Of a DNA stretch of 46,902 nucleotides, positions 10,021 to 22,637 are shown piece by piece. Numbering within the stretch: position 1 is the stretch's first letter; each line of letters starts with the position of its first letter. The notes below the pieces were generated by a model. It was not told the DNA's origin and made no database searches. It saw only the letters and a program-made list of their open reading frames with translations. A program made the translations under genes and the position numbers. The stretch is from Jimgerdemannia flammicorona (Eukaryota): contig RBNJ01000050.1 in assembly GCA_003990765.1 (NCBI GenBank), forward strand, positions 1 through 46,902, in the 5' to 3' direction.

Positions 10021-11261
10021 TTATGATTTGCAGACTAGAACCTCACAGGTAGTTATCACATTTTGCTTCTCTTATATAGATTCATGGTATCTCTTGAGTC
10101 TGTTCCTATGTATCATGGTAGGCAGTATGGTCTCTGAGAGTTTTCTAAGCCAAAAGGTAGTTCTCTTGATATTTTGTATATAGAAGAGTTCTTCTCATTT
10201 GGACTTCAGTTTTTATGACCATGAGGCTTCTACTATATTTTGATATAGTAGGACCTTTTCTCTGATTCAGATGGGTTCTAGAGTCTTGTGATTCTTTTCT
10301 ACATTCTTCTTTATCAGTGCTTATAACTTGATAATGTAATCTTCCTGATTTGGTGTAGTCTCTGGATTTCTGAGTCAATCTGTCTCCAAGTTAGATCTAG
10401 ATTTATGGCTGAGATTCCATCAGAATCTTCTTCTCTGAAGAGCAGTTCTTTTGGGGTAAAGTGTGTACTCTATGACTATATATCTTATAAGATAGAGAGG
10501 GCAGTTGGGAGGTAGTTATTCCAATTGTTATATGTGTCTGAGATCTTTACCAGAATGTTCTTGAGGATCTTATTGGTTCTTTCTATCTGTCTATTTCCTT
10601 GAGAGTGGTATGCAGTGGTCTTGATATGCTGAATCTTATATTTTGGATATATTATCTTATGAAATTCATGGACAAATTCTGTGCCATGGTCTGTAGTGAT
10701 TTGCCTTGATATCTTATAGTGGCTGATAATTTCTCAGTATAGGAAGTCAGCTATAGAGGGAGTATTAGCTTCTTGTAATGCTCCTGCTTCTATCCATTTG
10801 GTAAAGAGGTCTACAATAACTATAATATAGTAGTTTCCTAATAGTGTCACTGATAGTAGTCCAATGATATGTATCTATTACAATATAGTGGAAGAGAATA
10901 GGCACAATTCTTGATGACCCAGGTGCCTGGTCTTGCTGATCTTGTTTCTGTTTTTGGCACTTGTCACACTCTTTGACAAATTTGTATAGAACCTCTTCTA
11001 TCTTAGGCCACTATATGGTTCTTCTTGCCTTATCATATATGTTGGTTCTTCCTAAGTATCCTTGTTTGTATACTTTCTTCATTACTTGATACTTCTTGTA
11101 TTTGGATATTACAAGCTTTCCTCTTTTTCTGAGTGTGGTGTTGTCTAGTTCAAATTATTTCCAAGTCTAGTTGATAATAGTAATAGTCCAAGGTTTGAGG
11201 TGGTTAGGCATCTTTTGCTGCTGAGATAGCTAATTAATCCATAGTATAGCTCCTTATTCAT
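10021..11261 (-). pseudogene. E2 integrase in a separate frame
   Basis: Reverse complement starts MNKELYYG; CDKCQK, DLFTKWIEAG, TDHGTEF and TTAYHSQGN motifs. Confidence 0.9.
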
Positions 11262-11286
11262 ATTGAATAGTCTTGATGAGAATGTT

Positions 11287-14200
11287 TCAGGGTATCCTTG
11301 AGAGTGTATCAGCATTGGCATTATTCTTCCTGAGCAGTACTTGACAGTACAGTCATACTCTTATAGTCTGTAGATCTATCTAGCATATATTCCTTTAGAG
11401 TTCAGAGTGTGGAATAGCTAGACAAGAGCAGAATGGTCTGTTTGAATAGTGAAGTATTTCCCAGCTAGATAGTAGTGGAACTTGTCTACTACCCAAACTA
11501 TTGCTAAGTACTTAAGCTTATATGACTTATAGTTCTGTTCTACTCCACAGACACCTCAGCTTATATAGGAGATGACATATTCATATCTATCTTTCTTCTG
11601 AGCTAGGACTGCTCCAAGTTCTATAGTACTTGCATCTGTCTGCATAACGAACTCTAGGTTCCAATCTGGTCTTCTGAGGATGGGTACTTGGGTCAATCTA
11701 GTCTTGAGTTCATTGAAGGTTTCTTGGCATTTCTTGGTCTATTCAAATTTGGTCTTTCTTCGGTAGCTTGTAGATAGGGGCTGCAATATTGGAGTATCCT
11801 TTGATGAATCTTCTGTAGTAGGAGGCCTGTTCAAGGAAGACATGGACTTCTGTAGTTGTTTTGGATCTTGGGTAGGCTGCAATAGTCTCAATATTCATAG
11901 AGTCTGTGTAAATTCCTGTCTGGTTGATGATATGTCCTAGGTAGGCAATTTCCTGAGCTGCAAACTTACATTTCTTAGGCTTGATATAGAGGCCATACTT
12001 CTTGAGCTTCTTGAGAGCTAGCTGTATATGATTGATATATTCCTGTATACTGTTGCTGAAGATGATTATATCATCAATATAGATAAAGAGCTATTTTCTA
12101 ATCTTATTACTGAAGACTCTATTTATCATTTGCTGAAAACTTGCTGAGGTATTGTATATTCCAAATGGCATTTTCAAGTAGACATAGGTAGCATCAGGTA
12201 TGATGAAGGCTGATTTCTCACTGGCATCTTAAGTGAGACTAATCTGATGGAAGCCTGAGAACAGATCCAAGGTAGTATAGTATTTGGCTTTGCTTCCAAG
12301 GGTAGTAAGGATTTCTTGAATATTTGGCAAGGGCTGCCTATCCTTTCTGGTAATTGTATTGAGCTTTCTGTAATCAATACAGAGTCTTGGGGCAAACTCT
12401 CCAGGCTTGCTTTCTTTCTTTGGGGTGAGAACAATAAGTGAAGCCCAGGGGCTGATAGCTTGCTTAATGATTTCAGCTTTTTCCATTTCCTTGAGTTCTG
12501 CTCACAGTCATTCTCTATAGGCAGGTGGTATAGGTCTGGCTTTCTGGTAGATAGGCTTGGTATCACCAGTGTCAACTTCATGATAGTACTTGGATTCTTG
12601 ATTGTAGATATTTCTAAAGTCTGTAGTAAGTACTCTTTTATTCTGGTGCAGGATCTTGAGAAGTTGTTCTTTTAGGGGAAAGTTTTCTCCAATGGTATAT
12701 ATGTGCTTATTCTAGTACTTATCTTTCTTATACTCAAGTTCAGTAATCTTAGTAATAGTATAGGCTCCTTTTCCAGTAGATCCAAAGTCTTATTCTTCTC
12801 TCTTAGTCTTGATAAGTTTGATGACTTCAGTAATCTTAGACTTCTTGACTTTGTAGATCAGTATCTGGTCAATCCTGTCATACTTCTTGACTTTGAATGG
12901 AGTGGTGGGGTTGTGATTCCTGACTATGAGGAAGATCTTACCAGTGTAATCAGGGTCAATTACTCCTCCTTTAACTGATATTTTGCTTTTGGCCAGACTG
13001 CTCCTGGTCTTGATAATTCTGGTATGGTTCTCTGGCAACTTGACTCCAATTCCAGTATCAAGTAGAGTGGTTGTCTGTAGTTCAAGAATAGCATCTTGAA
13101 TACTGACAAGGTCTATTCCTATGGCTCCTTCAGTCTTATATTCTGGAATCTTGGCTTTGGGGTGAAACTTCTTAATCTTAAGAGTGATGTCTAGTTCTTG
13201 TTCCTCCATGTCATCACTGTCAGCTTGAAGCTCTGGGGGCTGGTCATCTTCTTCAGCTTTCTTTTTTACTTCAGCAGCTTCTTGTTCATGCTTTTGTTGG
13301 TGGATTTTCCCTACTTTACTGATACAGGATCAGTAGTTATTCAGGTATTTAGAGCAGTATATCCTGGTACCATGGGGGAATCTTTCTTAAGGGACATAGT
13401 TATCAATGATCTTATTGTACTACTGCTTATCTGTGAGCTTGGCTGTCTTGCTCTTGTTCTTATATACCAAGTATATAAAGACTTCTGTATTCTCTTTATC
13501 TCCTTCCACTATGTCTGATAGTACTCCTTTATAGACATGGATAGAGACTTGTACCTTTCTTTCTTTATAGTTGATCTGCATCTTCTGGATATTGAGGTTA
13601 ATGACAGCCTAGGTCTTGTGAAGCAATTGGTTGCCAATGAGGATATCATAGTTGGTAGTACTAATAACAATTACATCTACTGAGATAGTAGCCCCTCTAA
13701 TTTTGATGGGGACTTCTTGGTTCTTGCCCTAGAGGATAGCTCAGATACCATCTGCTGTAATATAGATCATCTTGGTGGATTATTCAATATCTCAGCCTAG
13801 ACAGTCAATTGCCTTCTTGCTCATATGGTATTCTTCAGCATCAGTATCAATGATAGCATTAAAGATACAATCTTCAATCTGATATAGAGTATAGGCTGAT
13901 GTCTTGTGCTGGTCTTCAGATCCTTTATCTGAGTCTTCTTAATAATCTTCTTGTATATTGTGAGCTTCTATGATCTTGTACTCTTGGTTCTTAATAGTGG
14001 TTACAAGTCCTACTCTCAACTACTATCTGAAGGCAGAAACTTCAGCTAGTTGTCCAAAAGTAGCATTGACCTTCCATTTCTTACAGTCCTTATAGATATC
14101 ATACTGGTGGATCTTAGTCTTGTACAGCTTCTGTTCTTTCTTGCTTTCTCTTTCTCCTGAGACTAGAGTAGTGTCTTTAATAATTTGATAGGCAGCTTCA

Positions 14201-15082
14201 TCTAAATCTATATCTTAATCAATCTCCTCAGATTGGGTCTTACTTTCAATAGTAATAGCTGGGGTCTTCTTTGGTCTTCCAACTGGCTTACTGTTGCCCT
14301 TCTTGTCATAGGGCTTGGATCAGGTTCTGGTACCTTCAGTAACAGGGTAGAATTTAGACTCCTTATAGTATTCTTCATCATCAGTATCACTAATCTCCTT
14401 GATGACTACTGCATTGGTTTGTTCTCTGGTTCTGATAGCATTGCTTGGTTGGACTTTACATCTTGTTTTGGTCATGCAACTCTTTGCATAGTGGTCTTCT
14501 TCTCTACATCTGAAGTATGTAATATTGCATTCTTCTGTAGCAGCTGCAAATCTCTATACTGGTCTCCTGTTAGTGCTTTGGACTTCTCTAACAACATCAT
14601 CAAGATGTGTAGTCATCTTGACAAACTGCTTGGCAAGTTCCTCCACTGGGTCAGGACCAGATTGCTAGGGAAATTTCAGAATAAACTCCTTTGAGAAAGG
14701 TTGAATCAGCTATTTGTTCCTTGAGACAGTTATCATAGCTAGCTAAGACAATCTGGTAGCAGATTCAGATATGGAATGAGTTGGGATCTTTACTGAATCT
14801 CTGGCAGATAGTGTTGAGTTGATTCTTGAGAGCTTGCTTAATCTCTTCAGTATTGTATATAGTTCTGAAGAAGGTCTTTATATTGGCAAGTTTGGCTGCA
14901 CCAGCATCAGTAATAGTGGCTACATTGAACTTATCTCTGACAGGTCCTCTGAGGCTAACTGATAGAAGGGCCAATTGTGCATCCACATTAAGGGCTCATA
15001 TAGTAGCAAATTGTTCAAAGTCTTCAATGAAGGTCAGAATTGACTCTTTAATAATATATTGATAGAATGTAGGGGAATACAT
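11287..15082 (-). pseudogene. gag-pol: E2 gag-protease-dUTPase-RT-RNase H (decayed, some indels)
   Basis: Homologous to E1: EEIKQALKNQLN, AIIDTDAE, dUTPase (~12770-13190: GAIGIDL, TRSSLA, GGVIDPDYTGKI, DFGSTG), PRLCIDYRKLN, DLFSGFHQI, YIDD; ends ADTLSRIP*. Confidence 0.9.
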
Positions 15083-15186
15083 TTCCTTCTTGTCTTGAAT
15101 TCTTGCAGGGTGACTCTTGTAGTCAGGGTAGTTATTGTAGTGGTTGTTCATTTTCCAGCTTGAAAGTGAGGGATTCATCTTGAATC

Positions 15187-15204
15187 ACCAGCCAATGGGC
15201 ACCA
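15187..15204 (-). promoter_or_regulatory. E2 primer-binding site
   Basis: Reverse complement TGGTGCCCATTGGCTGGT, 3 nt from the 5' LTR, identical to E1. Confidence 0.85.
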
Positions 15205-15207
15205 AGT

Positions 15208-16807
15208 TGTCACATAGTAGTCGCTGAGTCCTTCAAATATGTCAGATTCTCTCCAAGATATATTTCTTAGACTAACTACAAGTTTGTTATAAACAAGTTC
15301 TTATTAGAGTGCCTTCTTAAGGTCTTATAGTCCTCAAAATTCTTATCTTTAAACTGTCTTATTATCTCTTAGATTGCTTGCATAGAATTGAGAATAAGTA
15401 TACTGGAACTGACTTTATTTCAAAGAAAATAAGAGGGGTATTTATATAAAATATAATTCAATAGTTGCTAAGTTATAAAGCTAAATATAAATTCTAATAA
15501 CCAAATGAAATACTGAAATACAGAAAACTATAGTTGTAAGTATAAGTTCAAGTATCTGTTCAAGTAGTTACATAAGTTCAGGATGCCAGTAGAATTTTAG
15601 TAATATAGGAAAAGGATATCAGAAGAATTTCTGAGTTATATAAGATTAGAATGTCAGAAGAATAATAGTTATATATAAAAAGAATACTGGTAGAATTCAG
15701 TGTCACCAAGAACTTAGAGCAGAAAGTTCAGAACCACAGAGGCTTTATCTTCATCACTATCATCAAGGCTAGAGGTCAGAAACAGAATGTTTTTGAAGGA
15801 GATGAGGTCTGTAAATGTTTTGTCCATTTCACATATATTGTGTATTTTATATGCTTCATGCATGTCACATGGGATGACATCATCAGTGATGATATCATCA
15901 CATTCAGCAGTGGCAGAGGCTCTCTAATCTATGATATTCTTTTTACAAAATAAGGAACAAATGTGAGGTCTTAGGGAGGTCTAACCTGAATGCTGAAGCT
16001 TAGAATGCTGAGATTAATTCTTGCAGGAATTGATCAGAATTATCCTTAAAGATAGAGTTCCAGAACTCTCCTATCTTATCACTATTGAGGGTAATAGTAG
16101 ACTAGGCTTCTGTGGCCACCATAGCCTCCAGTGCATTAGTATGGTAGGCTGATAGTTCCTTGAAGTCTGAGGTTCTAGTGTACTCCAAGTTGGGGATCAA
16201 TCATGGTACATGTCTGAAGACCTGATGAATCTTCTTGGCTATTCTTATTTCATATACATCTATGGAAATAGAATCTTGTATTTCTTAGTGACTGGTCTGA
16301 GGGAATTTCCAGCAGAGGAGGTTTCCTATTTCATACTCCTACTATATCCAGAGACATTCAGTAGTGATAGTGATCTTTGTTTCTATTTCACAGCAGCAGA
16401 GGATATAATGATAATAGTTACCAGTATTCAGGATAAGGCTAGGAGTCCTTCTTGTATAGGTTCTCATAGCTCTTCTGATATCTTAGAATATCCTTTCCTG
16501 GACTGAGGGGCCTTGGTGATTCCTAAACCTTGAGATTTGGTGAGCAGTAGGCATTTTGTTTATGGTAAGTCTTTTGAACTATTTCTGTGAGCTTTTTTTG
16601 GATTGCTGCTACTATAGTTTCTTGATCCTTCTTTTATATTCCTTGAGATATCTGTCTTATAGTTACAATAACTCACAGTTGGTCATTATTACTTATCTTA
16701 TAGTCTGAGTGAGTCATGCTGTATGATCTTTTTATACACTGATCTGGTGGCTTGTAAGAAAAGGCTGTCTCTTGTACTAATGTCATCTTTCTGAGATCAC
16801 TATTACA
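15208..16807 (-). repeat. E2 5' LTR (1600 bp)
   Basis: On the element strand TGTAATA...TGTGACA; followed by the PBS. Confidence 0.95.
15714..16554 (-). pseudogene. LTR(U3)-encoded ORF of E2, 5' LTR copy
   Basis: Paralog of 8613-9454 with two 1-nt deletions near 15940-16000; intact acidic C-terminus DDSDEDKASVVLNFLL*. Confidence 0.8.
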
Positions 16808-17949
16808 ATAGTCAACAAAGTGATATAGTACTCATCCTGCTATGACAATCTATATTGGACAGTAATCAAGCACATTTTCAAGTACATTAAAGGTATAGTA
16901 CATTTTTGCTCAACTTAGGATAGGAGATAGTAATGATAAGGGATAAAGCAGGAGCAGTATAATATAGCTATCTGGTATATATGATGTTAATTGGACCAGC
17001 AATCTGGATGAAAGATGGTCTATAACCAATATCTCTTTAAAATCAGTAAAAATAGAATCATTTTATAGCAAACATATAAGCAATCTTTAGTGGTAATATC
17101 ATCTATGTAAATGGAGTATCAAGTATTGTCTATGGTAATAAAGAAAACTATATAACTTCAGAAACTGCTAAAAGAGTTAGGATATAATCAATAGCACTCT
17201 ATGCTACTCTAATAAGATAATCAATCTATGATTACTATAGTAAAGAACTCTATACATAATACTAGAATAATACATATTGATATATAGTATCATTTTATAT
17301 GAGAATATGTAGAAAATAGTACTATATATCTAAAATATATTCCAATAGAGTATATGATGACAAATTCATTGACTAAAGCCCTTTTAAAGGTAAAGTTTGA
17401 CTTATATATATAAGAAATAGGACTTACAGATAACTCTATACTAATGGAAACTATACATATACTAGTAAGTAACAATTCAATATCAGTGAGTGATAAGTAA
17501 TAGCAATAATAATAATATAGCAATAATAGAAAGTTTTTCAGAATACTAAAAAGCCTCTCACTATATCTTATATATATTTATTAATATTGCTTATATTTCT
17601 TTATTTATGAATAGATCTGAATTTATATTATAGGTAATTTATATATATATATATTAATATTGCTCTAGATCTCTATTTTTCACTACTCTATTAATCTATT
17701 TTTATATTTATAATAGGAAATTTCACCTTTTCCCAGTCATCTAGATAGCATCCTATTGATTATATTTAGTTTACTTAGTATTTTTTTTTTATTTACATAT
17801 TCTAGGATATATCTTATTTAGCAAAAGTATTGAAATATTAAAATATCTTAGTTATAGCAACTTGATATATAATGGTGTAGCCTGACTATATTATCACTAT
17901 AAATATTATCAATATGTATAAAAGTATATAAGCTAGTATTAATAAATAA

Positions 17950-20228
17950 TTGCTCTCCTCTCTCTGCTCTTCTTCAAGTATTCTATAATAGTTTTTTTAA
18001 GATCAGATTATAATCTCCTAGTAGTGTGACTTCAAAATCTACTTGTTCTCAATATTTCTAAATCTTGATAGGTAGTTTGGTGGCAATTGACTCAATAGGA
18101 TATAGTGTACTATCTATAGTAACTATACCATCATTCTTGAGTACTGGTTTGATGAGAATCTTAAGATTTTCAATAAAGTTCTGATTAATGAAGTTTCCTA
18201 TAGCTCTACTATCTATGAGTACTTGAATATTTTTTTTTTTTACTAGACTTTTAAAAATAAGTATAGCTTTAGCTTAGTTTTCAGTAAGACTTATTACTTA
18301 ATCAGTACTATCAAAACCTTTCTAGTCTCACTTGGTTTCAGATAGCTTTTAAACTTCTATAACCTTAGATTGACTGGCTTTTTCTAAGATTATTTGTGTA
18401 ACTTGGTCTCTATCCTTAACTATATAGTATTAATACTTCTAATTAATAAGTAGGACCTGAACTTATCCTTAATAGTCTGAGTTAATGATACTAGTACTAA
18501 TATCTAAATAATGTTTGACATAAGTTCTAATTATAGTATAATTCTAATTAGGATATTGAACTGCAATTCCAGTAGATACTAGAGTTCAGCCTTTGACTGG
18601 AATAGTAACTTGCTTGACAGAGTGTAGGTCAAGGCCAATAGCTCTTACTGATTGATATTGAGAGATCTGGGCTATCAGATGAAGCTATTTGATCTTAAGT
18701 TTAGATTGACTAGTAGTGGGATTGATAGATATATCTTAGGATAGCACAGTGACTGGTCTTGAGAGTTCACTGGTCTTCTTAGAATATTTAGTTGCAATGT
18801 GTCCTATTTAGTAAAAGAAGAAATAAGCTTCAGATTTCTTTAGATAATCTTTTTCTTCTAGAGTAAGCTTGGTATTTTTCTTATTCATAGTGTCTAGATC
18901 TATTGATACTGGGCCAACTACTTTGGGTTGGTTCTTGTGATAGTTCTCAAAGTAATTTTTCTTATAGTACTCTGATTCAAAGTGATTATCAAAGGTGATA
19001 ACATCAAATCTATTAGTAATTCTCATAGCTTCATCAAGGATCTGAAGCTCCTCTAGTTCAACCTTGACTTGTGTATTTTCTTTTAGATCTCAGATATAGT
19101 AATCTATCTTTTTATCTTCAGCTATTGCTAATAGTTTAAGTAGAATTAACAGAAATTATATATTGTAACTTTGTATAAACTTGAGTTACTTGATATTTAC
19201 TAGCTTATCTCAGGCTAACTTAGTAGTATTAGTAGACTTGAACTGCTTGTGAAAGGCCTTCTTGAAAGATGTCCAATCTCAGATTCTTATATCTGAATAG
19301 ATAGAAGTAGTCATGATATGATTATACTATCAATTAGCTATATTTTCTCAGAGAAGTATAACAGCAAATTAGATTTACATATCTTCTTCTATTCTTATAA
19401 ATTCAAAGTATTAGTCCAACTGGAAGGTCTATACATCTGTGGTCAGTTCTTCTCAGTGATTATCAAAGATATCTAGCTTGAGTAGCTTAAAGCTCACTAG
19501 TATAGCTATAGAATATGATATAGCTATAGTTCTTGTTTTCTGATATTCTACTTATACTTGAAGTAGTTAGATCTGATGGATCATAAAGGTAATTATTTTC
19601 TCCAGATTGATATATAGTTCTGCACCATCTGCTTCTTCTGTAGCAGAGAGAATCTGAGTAATAAGCTAGTTCTCTGTAATTCATTTGAGCTTATGTAACT
19701 AGTTGTAATTGATTTCAAAATTTGTGTGAGATTTCTTAATAAGATAAGATAATAACACTACTGCTACTAAGTGTAACAGTTCTAGTTTCTTTGGTTAAGT
19801 CCAATAATTATAGTAGATCTAAAGTAGCTTAATAAGATATTTGTAGATTTAAGTATTCTCAAAGGAATTCTAAGAGAAAAATATTCTAAGCTTATTTAAG
19901 CAGAGAACAAGAATATTTATACAAGATCTGAAAGAAAGATCCTAAAGAATCTTGAAAAAAAAAAAAAAAAAGGCCATGAAATAAGTTCTCAGTAAAGATG
20001 ACTATAGAATTTTACAATCTTTCAAAAGGTTCTATAACTAGATACTTGGTACTACTTAGTACTAAGAAAAGACAAAAATGTTCTAGTGATGTCTTAGTAT
20101 CAAGAGAAGATTTCTAGGCACTTAAAAGGTATTGAAAAATAATAGAATATTTAAGAAAAGATATGAAAAGACTAGTAAAAAGATGTGAAAAAGTATGAAG
20201 ACTAAAATATAACTATGAAATTATTATA
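17950..20228 (-). mobile_element. E5: truncated Ty3/gypsy relic of another lineage (LTR, PBS, gag, protease)
   Basis: Gag DWTSFKKAF..QF..LA(R)DKL..YI(R)DLK..LDEAMRITNRFD; decayed CCHC knuckle ~18790-18830; protease VLIDSRAIGNFINQ ~18181-18225. LTR at about 19772-20228 ends TGTTACA and is followed by TTAGTAGCAGTAGTG, a decayed tRNA-Leu-type TGGTGGCAGCGGTG. Confidence 0.8.
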
Positions 20229-20570
20229 TCTTAGCTGTATTTCTATTTACTATAGAAACTATAACCATTATATCTATTCTGAGAATATCTGCATCTACTG
20301 TATTCAATACACTTATACTGATTCTTTAATTCATCTATATTGACATTTTAGTATAGAGTAGCATATAGTATTTTTTTAACTACTAAGTGGGGCTCATAAT
20401 CTTTATGATAACTTATATAGAATAGAGAGTAGAGTGAGAAAGGGACATTGTTTTTATTAATTACTCATATATTTATTTATTAAGTAATATAACTTAAAAG
20501 ATAATATAGTTCTAAAAATTATATATCTAAGCTATATTATTGAGATATCAAAATAATAAGAATTTCAACA
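20229..20570 (-). mobile_element. Copia-F fragment: LTR, half-tRNA-iMet PBS and gag start
   Basis: LTR starts TGTTGAAATT at 20570 and matches 40406 onward; PBS GATTATGAGCCCCAC at 20387-20401; gag start matches 40630-40750. Confidence 0.75.
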
Positions 20571-20772
20571 ATATATATATCTTCTATATATAATCATTAA
20601 TAAATATGATGAAATATCTCTTTCTACAATAGGAAAAAGTAAACATTGGGCTATATATATCTATGTTGATAACTGAAAATATACTTTAAATATATAATAA
20701 AATATTTTATTCTTTATACAATCCTCACAGAAACTATTATACAGATGTATATATACTAGTAATATACCCCTA

Positions 20773-20867
20773 TTGGGTATTGGGAAGAGATACTGTAACT
20801 ATATCAACAGACTGATAATAAATAGTGAAGTTCAAGTGACTATAAAAAAAAAAAGAAAAAAAAAAAA
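20773..20867 (+). mobile_element. 5'-truncated LINE 3' stub (~70 nt plus poly(A))
   Basis: Matches the LINE-1 3' end at 28219-28290; flanked by TAATATACCCCTA (20760-20772) and TAATCTACCCCTA (20870-20882). Confidence 0.9.
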
Positions 20868-21659
20868 GATAATCTACCCCTAAAACTACTTTGAATCATT
20901 TATTTAAGACTTGAATTACTAATATAATCTAATTATTGATATTATTTATTAAATATATTAGATATAGTTATTGTATATAGAGATTATATAAATATTATCT
21001 TATTTTGAAGCTGTTATCAGTTTTCTATAATTATTTAAGCTATATATAGTTACTTTTTCCAAATATATATAGATCTTCTTATCTTTGCAAGTCATTATTT
21101 TGCTAATTAAAAATAGGTTTTTACCAATTTTCAGAGTATATAGTATATTTAAAAGAGTACTGATGAGCTCTACAATATTATTGTAGAGATATATCTCTAT
21201 ATTCTCTTTATCTTGAGTATTATAATATATCTGGCTCAATGGAGACAAATTATAAGGTTGGGGGTTAATATAGTTTGGCTTGAGCCCCTAGTTACTTTGT
21301 TAAAAGTAATAAAATATTCTTAGTATTTAGCAGTATAATAGTTAAAGCTAGATATCTGTAGGTAGTTCTGGCAATTTCCTTATTGGGACAGATTCTTGGA
21401 TATAGTAATGATTTGTGTATAGTATAGATGATTTGTATAATAGTCCCTATACAGTATGATGATCTCCAAAAGTATGTAATTTCTGCATGATGATCATATT
21501 CCAAAAGTATATAATTACTGGCATAATGATTTTGATATTATGATCTTATATAGCATAAGTGGATTTCTTATGTAGGATGATCTGGCAATTTGGCAGTTTT
21601 CTTCTTGAGTGGCAGATGATCTCTATGTAGTGTGATAATCTTGGTGAACTTCTACTTGA

Positions 21660-21965
21660 TTTGATATCGATTCTTCTAAATCAGTAGCTTACTGGGAATA
21701 GAGAATAGCATAGATTCTCTGAATCAGACTTACTAGAAATAGATGAATAACTCAGATAATATAGATTCTTCCTGAATCAGCTCTTCTGGAAATAGTGGTG
21801 AATAACTTGAAAAATGACAGATAATACAGATTCTTCCTAAATTGGCAGCTCTCTGGAAATAGCAGGTTTCTTGAGCAAAGTTGTATCAAGACTGACTTCA
21901 TTTACATAGAGTTACATTGTTAGACTGGCTCTATTGCAAAGTTGTATCAACAGACTAGCTTTGTG
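21660..21965. repeat. Degenerate direct repeats inside the solo LTR
   Basis: Four copies of GATTCTTC..AATCAG..CT..CTGGAAATAG and two of GCAAAGTTGTATCAA..GACT. Confidence 0.7.
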
Positions 21966-22637
21966 ACAAGATGGCAGATTTCTTAAAAATGTCAGCTTTT
22001 TTCTTAAGCAGCAGATTACTTAAATGATAGCAAAGTTCTTTCTTGAACTTATGTAATAGTTTCTTTAGACTTATCTGGTAAGTAAACCAAAAATGGACTT
22101 GTTCTTTATATCAGAAAGTGGACTGGAGTGGAAATGGAAATAGCAAAGCTTACAATCTTCTAGCAGTAGCTGTAGAGGCTCTCTCAAAATATAGTAGGCA
22201 GGCTTGTCTTTTGCTTTGGATTCAAATTTTGGACTGAGGTTTATTCACTCTTGTCTTTAGGGTATTTTATACATTATGATTGCTATCTGGATATTATCTG
22301 GATAATTATAGATTTACCATCTCTGGTAATGTTTGGGTGTATCCCACAGGATATCTACAGGATATGAGTGTGTCTACAGGACATGAGTGTGTCCTCAGGA
22401 TATAGATAAACAACTCTGATTCAATATTCTGGCTAATTATAAGTGTGGTGGACATGAGTAACTATGCTATACTAGGAGTTTATATTACATCTCTCTCTAG
22501 TAACATTCAGGTTACACAATCTTTGACAATACTCATAATATAGTTTTTAGAGAAAAGAGACTAGCGACATAGTGACCAATAGGTATTCTGAGGTGTGTAC
22601 TAAGTAGGGTGGCCCTAGCATATTCAACTGGCAGCAT

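Larger units (their letters stand above)
8107..16807 (-). mobile_element. E2: full-length Ty3/gypsy element with dUTPase and 1.6-kb ORF-containing LTRs
   Basis: LTRs 8107-9706 and 15208-16807 (1600 bp each); ATAG TSD at 8103-8106 and 16808-16811; same PBS as E1; PPT at 9707-9720; internal region homologous to E1. Confidence 0.96.
44..17714 (+). mobile_element. Copia-A: decayed Ty1/copia pol (post-integrase region, RT, RNase H, probable 3' LTR) split by E1 and E2
   Basis: 44-276 reads roughly GKFKHKV..LGYNRVVYRL..VISCNI.F (copia post-IN motif). 6980-8106 has copia RT motifs WKKTM..KNNT*DL, YK(A).FIAKSY..YGVDYNKTF, FLNGDI, WIDNII, PYLQAV..RSNI. 16808-17430 continues with VNKV..YWTVIKHIFKYIKG and RNase H motifs DNQS, HIDI*YHF, NSLTKAL. 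An LTR-like AT-rich end lies at about 17490-17714. Confidence 0.85.

Noticed and set aside
17715-17950. AT-rich segment between Copia-A and E5 as a DNA-transposon fragment
   Set aside because: No recognisable motif, terminal repeat or TSD; left unassigned.
19955-19972. A-run in the E5 LTR (and T-run near 18229-18241) as further LINE stubs
   Set aside because: No LINE terminal motif or TSD next to them; probably slippage.
21660-21870. Four spaced ~30-bp repeats as a CRISPR-like array
   Set aside because: Units are variable, the spacers resemble each other, and the array sits inside a TSD-bounded solo LTR.
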